The translations under genes and the position numbers were made by a program. DNA of 63,299 nt, counting the filler, from Reticulomyxa filosa (lineage: Eukaryota > Protista > Foraminifera), in NCBI GenBank assembly GCA_000512085.1. It is 20 parts of 20 records of this genome, joined end to end, with 100 filler letters (N's around TTAATTAATTAA, not from the genome) between each part and the next. Parts side by side here need not be neighbours in the genome. Positions count along the whole stretch, not along the records: positions 49,624 to 52,785 come from ASPP01013950.1; positions 52,886 to 55,738 come from ASPP01005773.1; positions 55,839 to 57,525 come from ASPP01003159.1; positions 57,626 to 59,485 come from ASPP01007547.1; positions 59,586 to 61,885 come from ASPP01010416.1; positions 61,986 to 63,299 come from ASPP01016561.1; 14 more parts are not named here. One strand, 5' to 3'. The notes beneath the pieces are model-generated. The model was not told the origin of the DNA and ran no database searches. It worked only from the letters and a program-made list of their open reading frames with translations. Positions 52,727 through 63,299 of this stretch are shown here, piece after piece; position 1 is the stretch's first letter; every line of letters begins with the position of its first letter.

Positions 52727-53566
52727 TCACACATAATCGTATATCATATGTGATACGTGTCGAGGGATACACTTTTTTTTTTAAANNNNNNNNNNNNNNN
52801 NNNNNNNNNNNNNNNNNNNNNNNNNNNNNTTAATTAATTAANNNNNNNNNNNNNNNNNNNNNNNNNNNNNNNNNNNNNNNNNNNNAGCTCTGGTAGCATC
52901 GTACGCAGACTGGTGTAATTACGAAAGGTTATTTCTACTTTATAAACCAGAAAAAAAAGTCACTGAAGCGTTTTAATGGCGCTGGAGATAATCACAAAAA
53001 GAACCCTTTTCTCAGATAAGCCGACATAATTTAGAAATATTTTTTTCTTTGTTAAAATTACTAACTTCGTCAAGTTACAGCCAAAAGGACAGAGAACTTT
53101 TCAATATCCATCACAAAATGGTGATATCTTGACAAATGCCACTGAAATAAACTGCTACGTAGAGGATAGTGCTGGTGCGAGCAACTGAAGAATAAAAGCG
53201 AACCCAAAGGGTTCTAGTTGGAACAATTTAACAATAAAAAATAATTTTCATTTGTGTACTAACATCAACACTTTTTTTTTTTTGTTTTGTCGTTTTTCAA
53301 CATTTTTGAAGATATCATGTCTCGTACGGACGCAATGTCTATAATTTCGATGAACAAGTTAATTTATGTTTGCATTGCGTTTTTACGATTTACTAACAAT
53401 TTGATTAAGTTATATATCTTTTGAAAAATAATTACAAATAATTAGAGATTACCTAGGTAATTGTTGGTTAGTTTTTGAGTAACAACAAAAAGTTCATTAT
53501 TAAAACAGCGAAATATTTGTTCATTACAAGATGATTTGAATGATTTCCTTTTTTAATAAATTAATT

Positions 53567-54567
53567 TTATAACTCCTGTTTTGTAGAGCCAGTGTTAGCA
53601 TTATCAGATTGTTTTTCTTTCTTTTCAAGTGGTCGAAAGTACACACCATGAGAACTCTTCCACTTACAGCCCTTTTTCATAGAAGCAGCCGCAGACACTT
53701 CCATTTGTCCTATAACCGGACAGTTGCGACAGTTGTTTTCGTTAAAGTTGTATTTTTTGGAAGCAAACAAATAGAAGCCAGTTTCGACGTGCTGGAATGC
53801 ATGCGATCTTTTCTGAGCCAATGCTTTGCCTTATTGGAAATACAGACAACTTTCCAATCATCTCCTAGTTGTGTTTTTTGATCCAGAAAATTGAAACATT
53901 ATCATTCAGATATTCATGCCCCTTCACAAGGAAGCATAAATGGAAAAGAATAAATTCATTACCATTGTCCGAATGTTGAAGGCCTTGACCATAACCAGTA
54001 ACTTCTTGTTCGCCACTTACCGGTGCTTTATGCCCTCTATGAGAATGCAGCCATCGATTTGTGTTTACGTGTTTCAATCGAATAATGTCGTTGCATTCTA
54101 TCGGACTTGCTTGCTCAGCCGTTGACTTTTGTTTTTTGCTGCTAAGACCCGCAAATACTTGCCATAGGCTATTGGTATCACCAAACTCTGGATAGCAAGT
54201 TACACTTTGTTGGCCACTTCCTGTACTATAGCTCACATCATGGCTGTGTAAGAGATATCCGGATGTTACGTGCTCCAACTTGATGATCGAACCATATGTC
54301 ACCGGGTCGTTCAGTGCTACAAAAATGTTGCACATTAATAAATAAGAACAAACATAACAACAAAGCAAACAAAATGTTACTGCAAAGCTTTTTAAAATAA
54401 AAATAAAATAAACTTTTTCAGTTCTGTCCGCTTATCGAAGCGAGCTAACCTTCAAGTTCTTCGTTTATGTCATCGCCATGATCATGATCATGATGCTGAG
54501 CAAAGACAATAGCTATCAAAAACACAAAAGGGATATAATTAAGAAACATATCACGAATAAATGCCAT
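53567..54567 (-). CDS. SDF2: Stromal cell-derived factor 2-like MIR-domain ER protein
   Basis: Signal peptide from ATG 54567, VTYGSIIKLEH, LHSHDVSYSTGSGQQSVT, IRLKHVNTNRWLHSH, FQHVETGFYL, PVIGQMEV and C-terminal KQEL (KDEL-like). Confidence 0.9.
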
Positions 54568-55064
54568 TTTAACAAAAGATCGATATCATGAAAGCCCCTT
54601 CACGATTTTTACTAAAAATTTTCAGAACGTCGTGCTTTCAACTGTGAAAAAATTTGGTATCTGTTAAAATGTGTTGTTAACATTTCAGGCAGTTGTCAAC
54701 ATGCAACGATTAATTTTGTATATTCAAAATATGATAAAGTTCTGATAAGTTCTATTTTTGTGATATGGTATTTTGTTGTTAGTTCTTCTTATTCACTGCA
54801 ATAGAACTTTATAATTTAATGATCCACAATTTCTAATACATACAATCTATCACTTTTAATTTAACAATCATAACATTATAAAAAAAGACTAATGTTCAAT
54901 TTTATTGTTTTATTTAGGATAGTTTTTTTGTAATGTACACAGGATCATATTTTTATCAAACTACTATGTTGTTATTTTTGGGTTAGCCAATGGATAGATT
55001 AAAGAATGAACTCTTTTTGTAATAGATTAACAAGCCTTTTGTTTTGTTCTGACAGCTGGACTGG

Positions 55065-55660
55065 ATGAATTTGAACGAGTGTGAAAACAAAAAAGGAGGT
55101 TATTGTATCATTGAACCAGTGTCAAGAAAGCCATTTTGGTGCCATGCGTATCAGTCGAACGAGGATAATTGGCCAAATGACGTTGAAGAAGAGCATTGGC
55201 ATTTTGATAAAGATACAGTATGTGGTATATCCGACAAGATAAAGGTGGCGTTTGGGTTGTTCATGGCATCGCATATTTTATTTTATGGGGTTTTTTTTGT
55301 AATACCGTTGGCATTGCTCTGGTATGTTGGCATGTTACCAGCCTTTGCAAGTTTAGATAATTGCACTGTGTATAGAGAGTATTCTTGCTACCTACATAAA
55401 CGAAAATGTAAACAAAAAAATGTTAGTCTGGACATTAGTAGGTACATATTTGGGTTCGTTTGCGATATATAAGCCTCAATTGAAAGCACAAAGCGCTTAT
55501 TGGAAATGGTTTAAACATCACGATTTGTGGGAATGGGCATTGTATCGTTACGATTGGTTGACTATTCGAAGAGGGAAGTTAGCTGACATATTTCCTGGCC
55601 GAGTTAATCGACCATTTCTGTTTTGTATTCAGCCACATGGTATCTATTGCGGAAACCGAA
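55065..55660 (+). CDS. Diacylglycerol acyltransferase 2 (DGAT2/MOGAT) family, 5' part
   Basis: N-terminal hydrophobic segments, then 'RPFLFCIQPHGIYC' matching the family HPHG motif (here QPHG); truncated. Confidence 0.6.
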
Positions 55661-55838
55661 TTCAGTTTCAATTTTTTTTTTTTTGTTTTTTTTTTGGAAA
55701 AAAAATGAAAGATGTAATTCAAGTCGAAACAAAAAAACNNNNNNNNNNNNNNNNNNNNNNNNNNNNNNNNNNNNNNNNNNNNTTAATTAATTAANNNNNN
55801 NNNNNNNNNNNNNNNNNNNNNNNNNNNNNNNNNNNNNN

Positions 55839-57276
55839 GCGAGAGCGACTGCAGTCGATGGAAGATCATTTGAGTGTGAAAGAAGAAATGATCGACACAC
55901 TCCAAAAAGAACAAACTCAGTTGGAAAATGACTTTCATAAAGTCTCCGAAGATTATCTCAAATTGCAAGAAAAGGCAAGTTCTTTCTTTCTTTATTTATT
56001 TATTCATTCATTTATTTATTATTATTTGTTACAATAGAATGAAGTGCTCACAACTGAAATTGAACGATTGGAAAAAATACGAGAGGAGGAGCACTTGTTA
56101 GAGGAAAAGAGAGAGGCTCAAAAAAAAGCAGCAATCGAGGAAAAAGTTATATATATATATATTTTTTTTTTTTATTTTTATTTTTTATTAAAAAAAAAAA
56201 AAAATTTGACTTACAAACAGGCCAACGAAGAAGCAAAGCTGGTTCGCACGCAAAGCCAAAGTATGTTGTTGACGGAAGAAGAGTGGATACAACACTTGCG
56301 TCTCGAAAACAAAGAACTCCAAAAGCAAGTCAGTTTTGTGATTCGCTTATGTGCGTCTTGTCTGTTGTGTATGCGATCGCATCTCATTTGTGTGCTCGTA
56401 TATGTACTATCAAAGGGGGAGCTTTGATCTGTCGATATAGAATGGAGAAATAGTCAGAAAAATACTTGAATTTGAAGTCTTGCAAGTTTTGTTTTTTTTT
56501 TTAAAAAAAAAAAATATTTATATATATATGTACATATATATATATATTATATATTGTACATTTATTTTATGTATGACACATGAGGAAAGACCCACAACAA
56601 ACAAAGAACAAAGTAGAAGAACTGGAACAACACAATCAAAGATTGGAGTCTGAACTGATGGAACAAAAGCAACTTGGAATTATGTTTGCAAATACACGAG
56701 TTCTAAAGAAGAAGATGAGAAGGAAAATCAAGAAGATCCAAATCGAGGTGAACACGAGACAAAACCTGAATCCAATCAATCTTCACAGCAACAACAGCAA
56801 CGATGAAAAAAGCAAAGGCGAGACTCCACGTATACTTACCAGAATCGACGTAATGAGTGAAATAAATGTTAGAAGTGGACAAGAAATTGCCAATATGACT
56901 GTTCGATATAAGCGTAATCAGAGTCCTCGATCAAACAGGTTCATGAGTGAGATCCCCCGCTCTCATTTTCACGCAAATAAAACTCAGTCCGATACCTATC
57001 ATATCGGCAGTGCCCCAAACGCAAACCACTGATTACCATGATCATGATCATGATCGTGGATTGTGGAGAAGAAGAACATCCGCTGAAAGGCTTTGTTGCT
57101 CATGGCTTGCGTCCTTCTTTGAACACTTTGGAGGGACTACTAAAAATCGCTACGTTGTGCGAATACTGTCACAAAAAAAAATTAAGCAAAATCGATCCAA
57201 CAAAGCCAGTCCTGCCAAAACTTGGAGCGCTGCCAAGGTCGTTTTGACTTTCTTCGGAATTGCAGAGCGCCTTTAG
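55839..57276 (+). CDS. Coiled-coil hypothetical protein, 3' part
   Basis: Several E/K/Q-rich heptad exons separated by intron-like AT tracts; final frame ambiguous. Confidence 0.45.
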
Positions 57277-57625
57277 GTTATATTGTAGTTGGAAGTTTTT
57301 TCATCGAACCACAACTTCCACCGCCAACTGTAACGTCGTTGTGAAGAGAGGCTGCCAATAAACAAAATTTTTTTTTTATGTGTATCTGGGGTGTATGCTG
57401 CATAAATTTGCAATAGCTCAATTTTTGAGATTTTTGTTTTGTTTTTTTAATTCTGCGAGCCTGTTTGCCTATGTTTGTTCAAAAAACGTTACTATCTTAC
57501 CACAAGAAAACATGATCCCTACCAANNNNNNNNNNNNNNNNNNNNNNNNNNNNNNNNNNNNNNNNNNNNTTAATTAATTAANNNNNNNNNNNNNNNNNNN
57601 NNNNNNNNNNNNNNNNNNNNNNNNN

Positions 57626-57659
<34 letters not shown>

Positions 57660-58637
57660 AAAACAAAACTTGTGGGCGCTGTAGTGGGGTGACGCGTTGG
57701 TGAAAAGGTGGGTGATGACGTCGGTGGCGTCGGAGCTCCCGTTGGGGCACGGGTTGGATGGCGGGTTGGGTTGTGCGTCGGATGTCGCGTAGGGAGTCTC
57801 GTCGGGCGTTTTGTCGGCTGCTTCGTCGGCTGCTTTGTTGGTGGTCGAGTTGGTCTTTTTGTTGGTAGTTTCGTCGGCATTTTTGTTGGTATTTTCGTTG
57901 GCGCTTTTGTTGGATTCTTTGATGGACGAGGAGTAGTTGTACACCCTTTTTATTTTTTTATTTTTTATTTTTCAATACGTATACTACATCCAAAAAAAAA
58001 AAAAAAATTCTCAAAGTTTATATTAGCAAAAAAAAAAAACTTGCCAGTAATTATCGCTTCGTAAATTTCAACGTAACCATATGGCCGAAAATACCAACGA
58101 TAATAAATGTAAGCAATACCCCCAGCACTAACGTTTCTGTACGCCCAATTTGACGTAGAACCGCTGCTCACTGAATCCAACTGGGTAAAATTGATTCCAT
58201 TGTAACTACCCCAAAACTCCCATGAAGATGCTGGATAACTGGGGGAACAGCCTTCTCTTGATTTCAAACCATATTTTGTCACCACTGCAGGAACGCTAAG
58301 CTTTACTTGCAACCAGTGGTTGCCCGAGTCACTGTTGGAATGCCACCCATGCGAGTTTTGGCAATCCCAATATCCTGTCATACACGTAAAAAAAAAAAAA
58401 AAAAAAAAAAAATAAGGATTTCTGGTTTGTATCCCTTTTGGCAAGATCAACCTTTGAAAAACACACATGCGCACCATCATTAATTGCAGCGGCCGAATGC
58501 CCACAACACGTATCAGAAGCAGCAAACGCTGAGGAATAGCTGTCCATCAGGTCATTTGGACAGTCAGAATTTGCAAGCATGTGAAGCAAATGGAATGAAA
58601 ATATCCATTGCATTAATGCTGCGTAGGTAAACGTCAT
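57660..58637 (-). CDS. Secreted F5/8-type-C (discoidin)-like domain protein with PT-repeat stalk, 3'-truncated
   Basis: Signal-like N-terminus; AINDG|YW..GWHS..NHWLQVKL..VVTKYGLKSR..SWEFWGSYNGINFTQLD..YIYYRW; then PT repeats after a GC-AG intron 57946-58044. Confidence 0.75.
57670..57925 (-). repeat. Coding xPTx tetrapeptide repeat (PT repeat)
   Basis: NPTKAPTKIPTKMPTKLPTKRPTRPPTKQPTKQPTKRPTRLPTRHPTHNPTRHPTRAPT; 12-nt periodicity. Confidence 0.9.
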
Positions 58638-59658
58638 AGCTCTAAGATGGTTCTCTTCTCCTCTCAGCACAAACCTTAGAACTAGGAGCACAAGACCTTT
58701 TTCAAACGTGCTTTTTTAAGAGACTGACAATAGTGTTCCCTAACTGTCACGTAGAAAATCAACAAATACGAAACATTTCTATGATAAACTAAACTTTTAT
58801 TGAAAAGTAACAAAACTTGCCTTGTCAATATTAACATTTTAATAATGGTTTATTAAAGTAATTATTCCCAATCAAATAAATGTCTAAGCGTTCTTTTTTC
58901 TTGTTCATGTGGAGATGTAAGAAAGAACATGCTAACCATACATGTGCATGCTCGTTTTAATAATTCTTTAATCATTTTATCAAATCATCCTTCAAATCCA
59001 ACAGTTTTTGAAAATTCCAACAGTTATTTCAGCATATTCGTAACATAAACATAAGAAAACATGGAAGATGATAACAATGGATTTAACGAAAGAAAAGACA
59101 AATAGCTGGATGTAGCAATAACAGATAACAAGCATGAAAATGGTTGTATTATTGTACAGTATAGATGGCTGTAACTACAAAAACAATGTTGGGAAATGTC
59201 GCAATTATAATAATATCAGAAAAATTTAGTTGTAATAATGAAAAAATTAAATAGCACTTTGGAACAGACTTTAAACATGAATCAGGTATTTAAAAAAGTA
59301 AATCAAGTCAACATTTGATCTGTATAAGAGAATCGTCCTCAATGTTCGCTTTTTAAACAAAATGGGTTTCTAGTTATGTCTTAAAAGATAAAAAAAGAAA
59401 AAAATTACATCACAGCGAACCATGTGATGTTAAAAAAAAGGCAGTAAGAGTAGCTCTGGTGTATGTCCTTGGCTTATTTGTTTGTNNNNNNNNNNNNNNN
59501 NNNNNNNNNNNNNNNNNNNNNNNNNNNNNTTAATTAATTAANNNNNNNNNNNNNNNNNNNNNNNNNNNNNNNNNNNNNNNNNNNNGGGGGGGGCGGACAC
59601 ATAAAAATGGATTATTAATTGAATCGGACTGAATTGATTTCGACTTGTTGAATTGGAG

Positions 59659-60218
59659 AGAGACATATTGAGCCACTTGGTCCATCCCTACAGTGCGAAT
59701 AACTTGAAATGTGCTCGCTATTTGCTTGGGTCGGAAATGACGAAGCCAAGCGACGAGCAAATAAATAATGCATTGCGCGTGGCGATGTTATTTCAAAACG
59801 AGAAAGGGATAAAACTATTAATGAGTCGGAAATATTTGGACGAAAGAGATCAAACGATGCGCGATTACGCATTGAATCATTTAAAGCAAAAGAATAAAAC
59901 AGAAGTATTATTGACATACCTGAAGCAGCACACGAACAAATTGGAATTGAAAGTCGTTAGCAACGCACTATGCAAGGCCATGCAAGAAATCATCAAAGAC
60001 CGAAAAGCCATTTGCAGCGATGTGTTTAATCTATGTTGGATGATGGAAAAAGAAAAAATGTGGGAGGCAATGTACGGAAAGTGTAAGGATTTATTAAATG
60101 CAAAAACATTGTCAGAAAATTACAATGATTGGAGATGGGCCGAAGAATATGTAATTGAAAATAGAGACTTATTAATTTGGTTGGATGAGTGTGATCATGA
60201 CCATACTATGGATAGCAA

Positions 60219-60269
<51 letters not shown>

Positions 60270-61832
60270 TAATAATGAAAAAAAACATAAAATTCGATGG
60301 CAAGATATCAAAGCACTTTGTGAAAATGAAACATTGAAAGAGATGAAAACATTTCAGGAAAAATTGCGCGAAGAGATTGAAAAAGACGAAGCTGTGTTTG
60401 CGAAAATTTGCAAATGGAAATATGACGCGTCCCTTTCCAAGTACCAAGACAAGCAGAGCTGGCGACAAGACAGCGTCGAAAATGGAGTGGTTGCGGCCAT
60501 CGACGAAAAGCAGCTTTTGTTAATGCAAATGAACAGCACCGACGTGTCGTTTCATCCGAAACACGCTTACGACTTTGACGTATATTTGAGTAATTTGTGG
60601 GCGAGAGCGCATATCATGAACGAGCCCTTTCAAAATGAAGTGAAGAAAATCTTTGGACTTTGCGCCGGATGTCAGCTGTCGGCAGGTCCCATTAAGAGCA
60701 CAGAGCGGTGCAAGATGAAAGCACAGGTCGATTACAAGAATGAGAGATACCCAAAGTCGGCACATATCCTCGACATTGTTCGATGTCAGGCCATCTTCGG
60801 GACGTACCAAGAGCTGTGGGACGGAGTGCTTCACTTTTTGCAGTATATTGAAAGTCATGGGAGTACACTCGAAATCATGCGTGTGAAAAACGGATATCGA
60901 GACTCTTCGGTTCGGCGGGAAAGTGTGATGGATGGCTCCTCGATGATGGCCGAAATCAAAAATGAAGCGTTCACCAAAGAATTGCAGCTGCCCATCCCAA
61001 ATAGATATACGGACATCAAGATTAATGTCATCTTCAAATTGCATGGCGAAGCTATTGTCGGAGAGTTGCAACTGCTGGTGCAATCCATGCTATTGTGTAA
61101 TCAGCCCTTGCATGGACTATATGAAATATCTCGTCAAGAGGACTTTATGCTGGGCTCCTTGGCGCAAATGGCACTTAACTCGTTTGAATTCCAATTGAAG
61201 ATGGCAGGCTTTGACTCGTATTTGCTCTCCAAATTAGTGCTCTTTTATCCTTTGCAGTTCCAAAAGTGGAGCCCTGTTACGTTCTCAAAGGACTCGGCCG
61301 GACAAAATTTTCTCTGTCAAATGGCACATCACTCCAATCTGCAATTGGCGTGTGCCACGGAGCTGTTGGTCACTAATAATTTTATCCCCGTTCAAGTCGT
61401 CCAAAAACTCTTGACCGAACCTGACAATGGCGGTACTTATCCACTTATGTATGCGCTGTGGAAACAATCGTCCATTCCATCCATCCAACTCTTTATCCCT
61501 GCTGATGTCACCACTGCACGTCGCTTGTGGGCCACTCTTGACCAAGTTTCATTCCGTCTTTGTTTGCCATTGTTTTGCTATCCAATTTTTGTATTTTTTT
61601 TTTTTTTTTGTAATAATGGAGTTACCATCCTCTTATTTAATGACGCAACACACTTTTTATTTTTTACAATTGGAGAAATGCTTTGATTTATACACACAAG
61701 TACAAAACTTCATGCGTTTCCTTTGCTGTGAGAAACACTGTTGTCGATATACTGGCCCTTTTGAAGCTGACTAAGGAAAAAATCCATGATGATCTTACGT
61801 GGCAATCCTTGATTCAAACACAAGAGACTTTT
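59659..61832 (+). CDS. Ankyrin-like repeat protein with central RelA/SpoT-like nucleotidyltransferase (synthetase) domain; both ends truncated
   Basis: Ordered motifs GPIKSTERCKMK, ILDIVRC, RVKNGYRD/YTDIKINV, GELQL and LHGLYEISR at about 60685-61134. Ankyrin-like units: KDSAGQNFLCQMA, PDNGGTYPLMYAL, and LDQ|YKTSCVSFAV after intron 61546-61700. Confidence 0.7.
60219..60276 (+). repeat. (AAT)n microsatellite encoding poly-Asn
   Basis: Near-perfect AAT run in frame within ORF 59653-61686. Confidence 0.95.
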
Positions 61833-62088
61833 GTTAGGTTTTGTGTCTTTTGAGAGGAAATAATAATAATAATAATAATAATAATNNNNNNNNNNNNNNN
61901 NNNNNNNNNNNNNNNNNNNNNNNNNNNNNTTAATTAATTAANNNNNNNNNNNNNNNNNNNNNNNNNNNNNNNNNNNNNNNNNNNNTTTTTTTTCCAGTTT
62001 GAATGAGTAATACAATGAGATCCTGCTCAACATAACAAAAGAACGCTCTAATAAAAAAAACAAAACAATAAGAAATACGCAATGAAAA

Positions 62089-62544
62089 TTATCGTTTGAC
62101 CCAAATAATCTCTTCCTTTCCGAACAAACGGTTCATTTGGGCCAGTGGACATTCTTTGGATACTCTTTGTGCCAACGTTTGGAGGTCGTTGTCGCTAATA
62201 TTTTTGCCCTCAACTAAGGCCATTACTTTGGTTTTGCGCGAAACGGGATCGAGAAAAGTTTCAAAGCGAATTCTATTCAACTGCACGTTCATTTGTTGGG
62301 CAATACTATGAGCATGGCCTTCTTGGCATGACTTCAGCAAAGAAAGAAACAAATTATTGGGTCCATTTTGGTCTGAGGGTTGCACATTTTCGATATTTTT
62401 CCAGGAGCTTTGTAAATTTGTTTGTTGGATCATGTTCTGCCAAAAATGCCAAGTGTTGTTCCATTTAGAGAAATTTCTTCGTAAAATCAAGTGCCTTGAT
62501 GCAACACGGCACGTCCTGAGAGTGCTACTTCGTAATTGTCTCAT
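62089..62544 (-). CDS. OsmC/Ohr-like protein with putative mitochondrial presequence, intronless
   Basis: Arg/Ser-rich, acid-free N-terminus MRQLRSSTLRTCRVASRHLILRRNFS; two family-type Cys in GPNNLFLSLLKSCQ and LAQRVSKECPLAQM. Confidence 0.6.
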   Translation of the reverse strand: MRQLRSSTLRTCRVASRHLILRRNFSKWNNTWHFWQNMIQQTNLQSSWKNIENVQPSDQNGPNNLFLSLLKSCQEGHAHSIAQQMNVQLNRIRFETFLDPVSRKTKVMALVEGKNISDNDLQTLAQRVSKECPLAQMNRLFGKEEIIWVKR

Positions 62545-62946
62545 TCTAACGATTTCAAACTCCTTTTGGCTTCCGAACTTTTTCAAGTCTCAAAATTACA
62601 AATACCACAAAAATTTTTGTAAATCGTCCGTTTTGGAAATGACAGCAAATACAAACATGATGTTTCCACTTAAAACCGATGTGGAAAGTTTACAAACTCC
62701 AATGAAAAACTGTCACAAAAGAAAACAATGTAAATTTAGCCAAGATTTTTAAACACTTTTTGAATGGACTAATTTAAACACCAGAAATTTGTATTGTTTT
62801 TTTTAAATGATTCAAAGCAATGTGTGTAATGTCCTTGTTAATGAGTAGAATGGCTCACTTTTTTTTTTTTTTTGTCGTTGTTTAAGAAGTTGTAAGAATG
62901 TCGAAAACAAAAGCAAAGACAGGAACACCAAAAATAGAAGAGGCTA

Positions 62947-63280
62947 CTACACAGAAACATTGAAACCTCGGAAAATCTCTTGATCATTTGGAGGATTAAG
63001 AGTATTGCGAAATTTGTCGATGTTGAAGGGCAAGTGTCCGAACAGAAAGCGCTGAGGTTTTTTGGAAGGAGGTTTGAAGATTTTTCCATTGACCCCTTCA
63101 GGGATGTTATATTTGGCGTGTAATTGCGTGAAGTGAGTCATGGGACTGTCTTTATAAAAATGGAATGAGATGGGGTGAGGGGCAATGCTCTCTTCGCCTT
63201 GTTTCATTTTCTCATGTTTCCATTTCCAATACCAAAACTCATCTTTGCGTGTGTTGGTCATCACATAATTTTCCTACAAG
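62947..63280 (-). CDS. 3' exon of possible core-1 beta-1,3-galactosyltransferase (GT31)-like protein
   Basis: 'FWYWKW...IAPHPISFHFYK' resembles the C1GALT1 C-terminal WYW...ISFHY pattern; only a fragment is visible. Confidence 0.35.
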
Positions 63281-63299
63281 TTCAAAAAAAAAAAGGGGG

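Noticed and set aside
55610-55650. QPHG instead of HPHG in the DGAT2-like protein
   Set aside because: First-position variants (such as EPHS in plants) are known in the family, so this is not notable alone.

Overview
AT-rich eukaryotic (protist) nuclear DNA. It consists of 20 small contigs joined by an artificial 100-nt linker (N44-TTAATTAATTAA-N44), so adjacency across linkers has no biological meaning. Genes are split by many short GT-AG introns (about 45-150 nt) and occasional GC-AG introns, so the ORF track fragments or misses most of them. The gene style (decayed WD40, TRAF-zinc-finger and CAP-Gly copies, many pseudogenes) resembles the foraminiferan Reticulomyxa filosa; this is inference only. 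Housekeeping content includes IleRS, CKS1, XRCC3, SDF2, a PDE, a Nudix hydrolase, DGAT2, carboxypeptidases, a sulfotransferase and a MAPK. The strongest candidates for something new are: (1) an intron-containing protein with a RelA/SpoT-like (alarmone synthetase-fold) domain between ankyrin-like repeats (59.6-61.8 kb); (2) a head-to-head pair of highly divergent HSPA12-like Hsp70 ATPases, one fused to an N-terminal MIDAS vWA domain (2.6-8.2 kb); (3) an unannotated ~180-nt multi-stem putative structured RNA (24.18-24.36 kb, minus strand); (4) a stand-alone Sin1-CRIM-like domain with a CaaX box. All calls come from reading the sequence by eye; no searches or folding programs were run.
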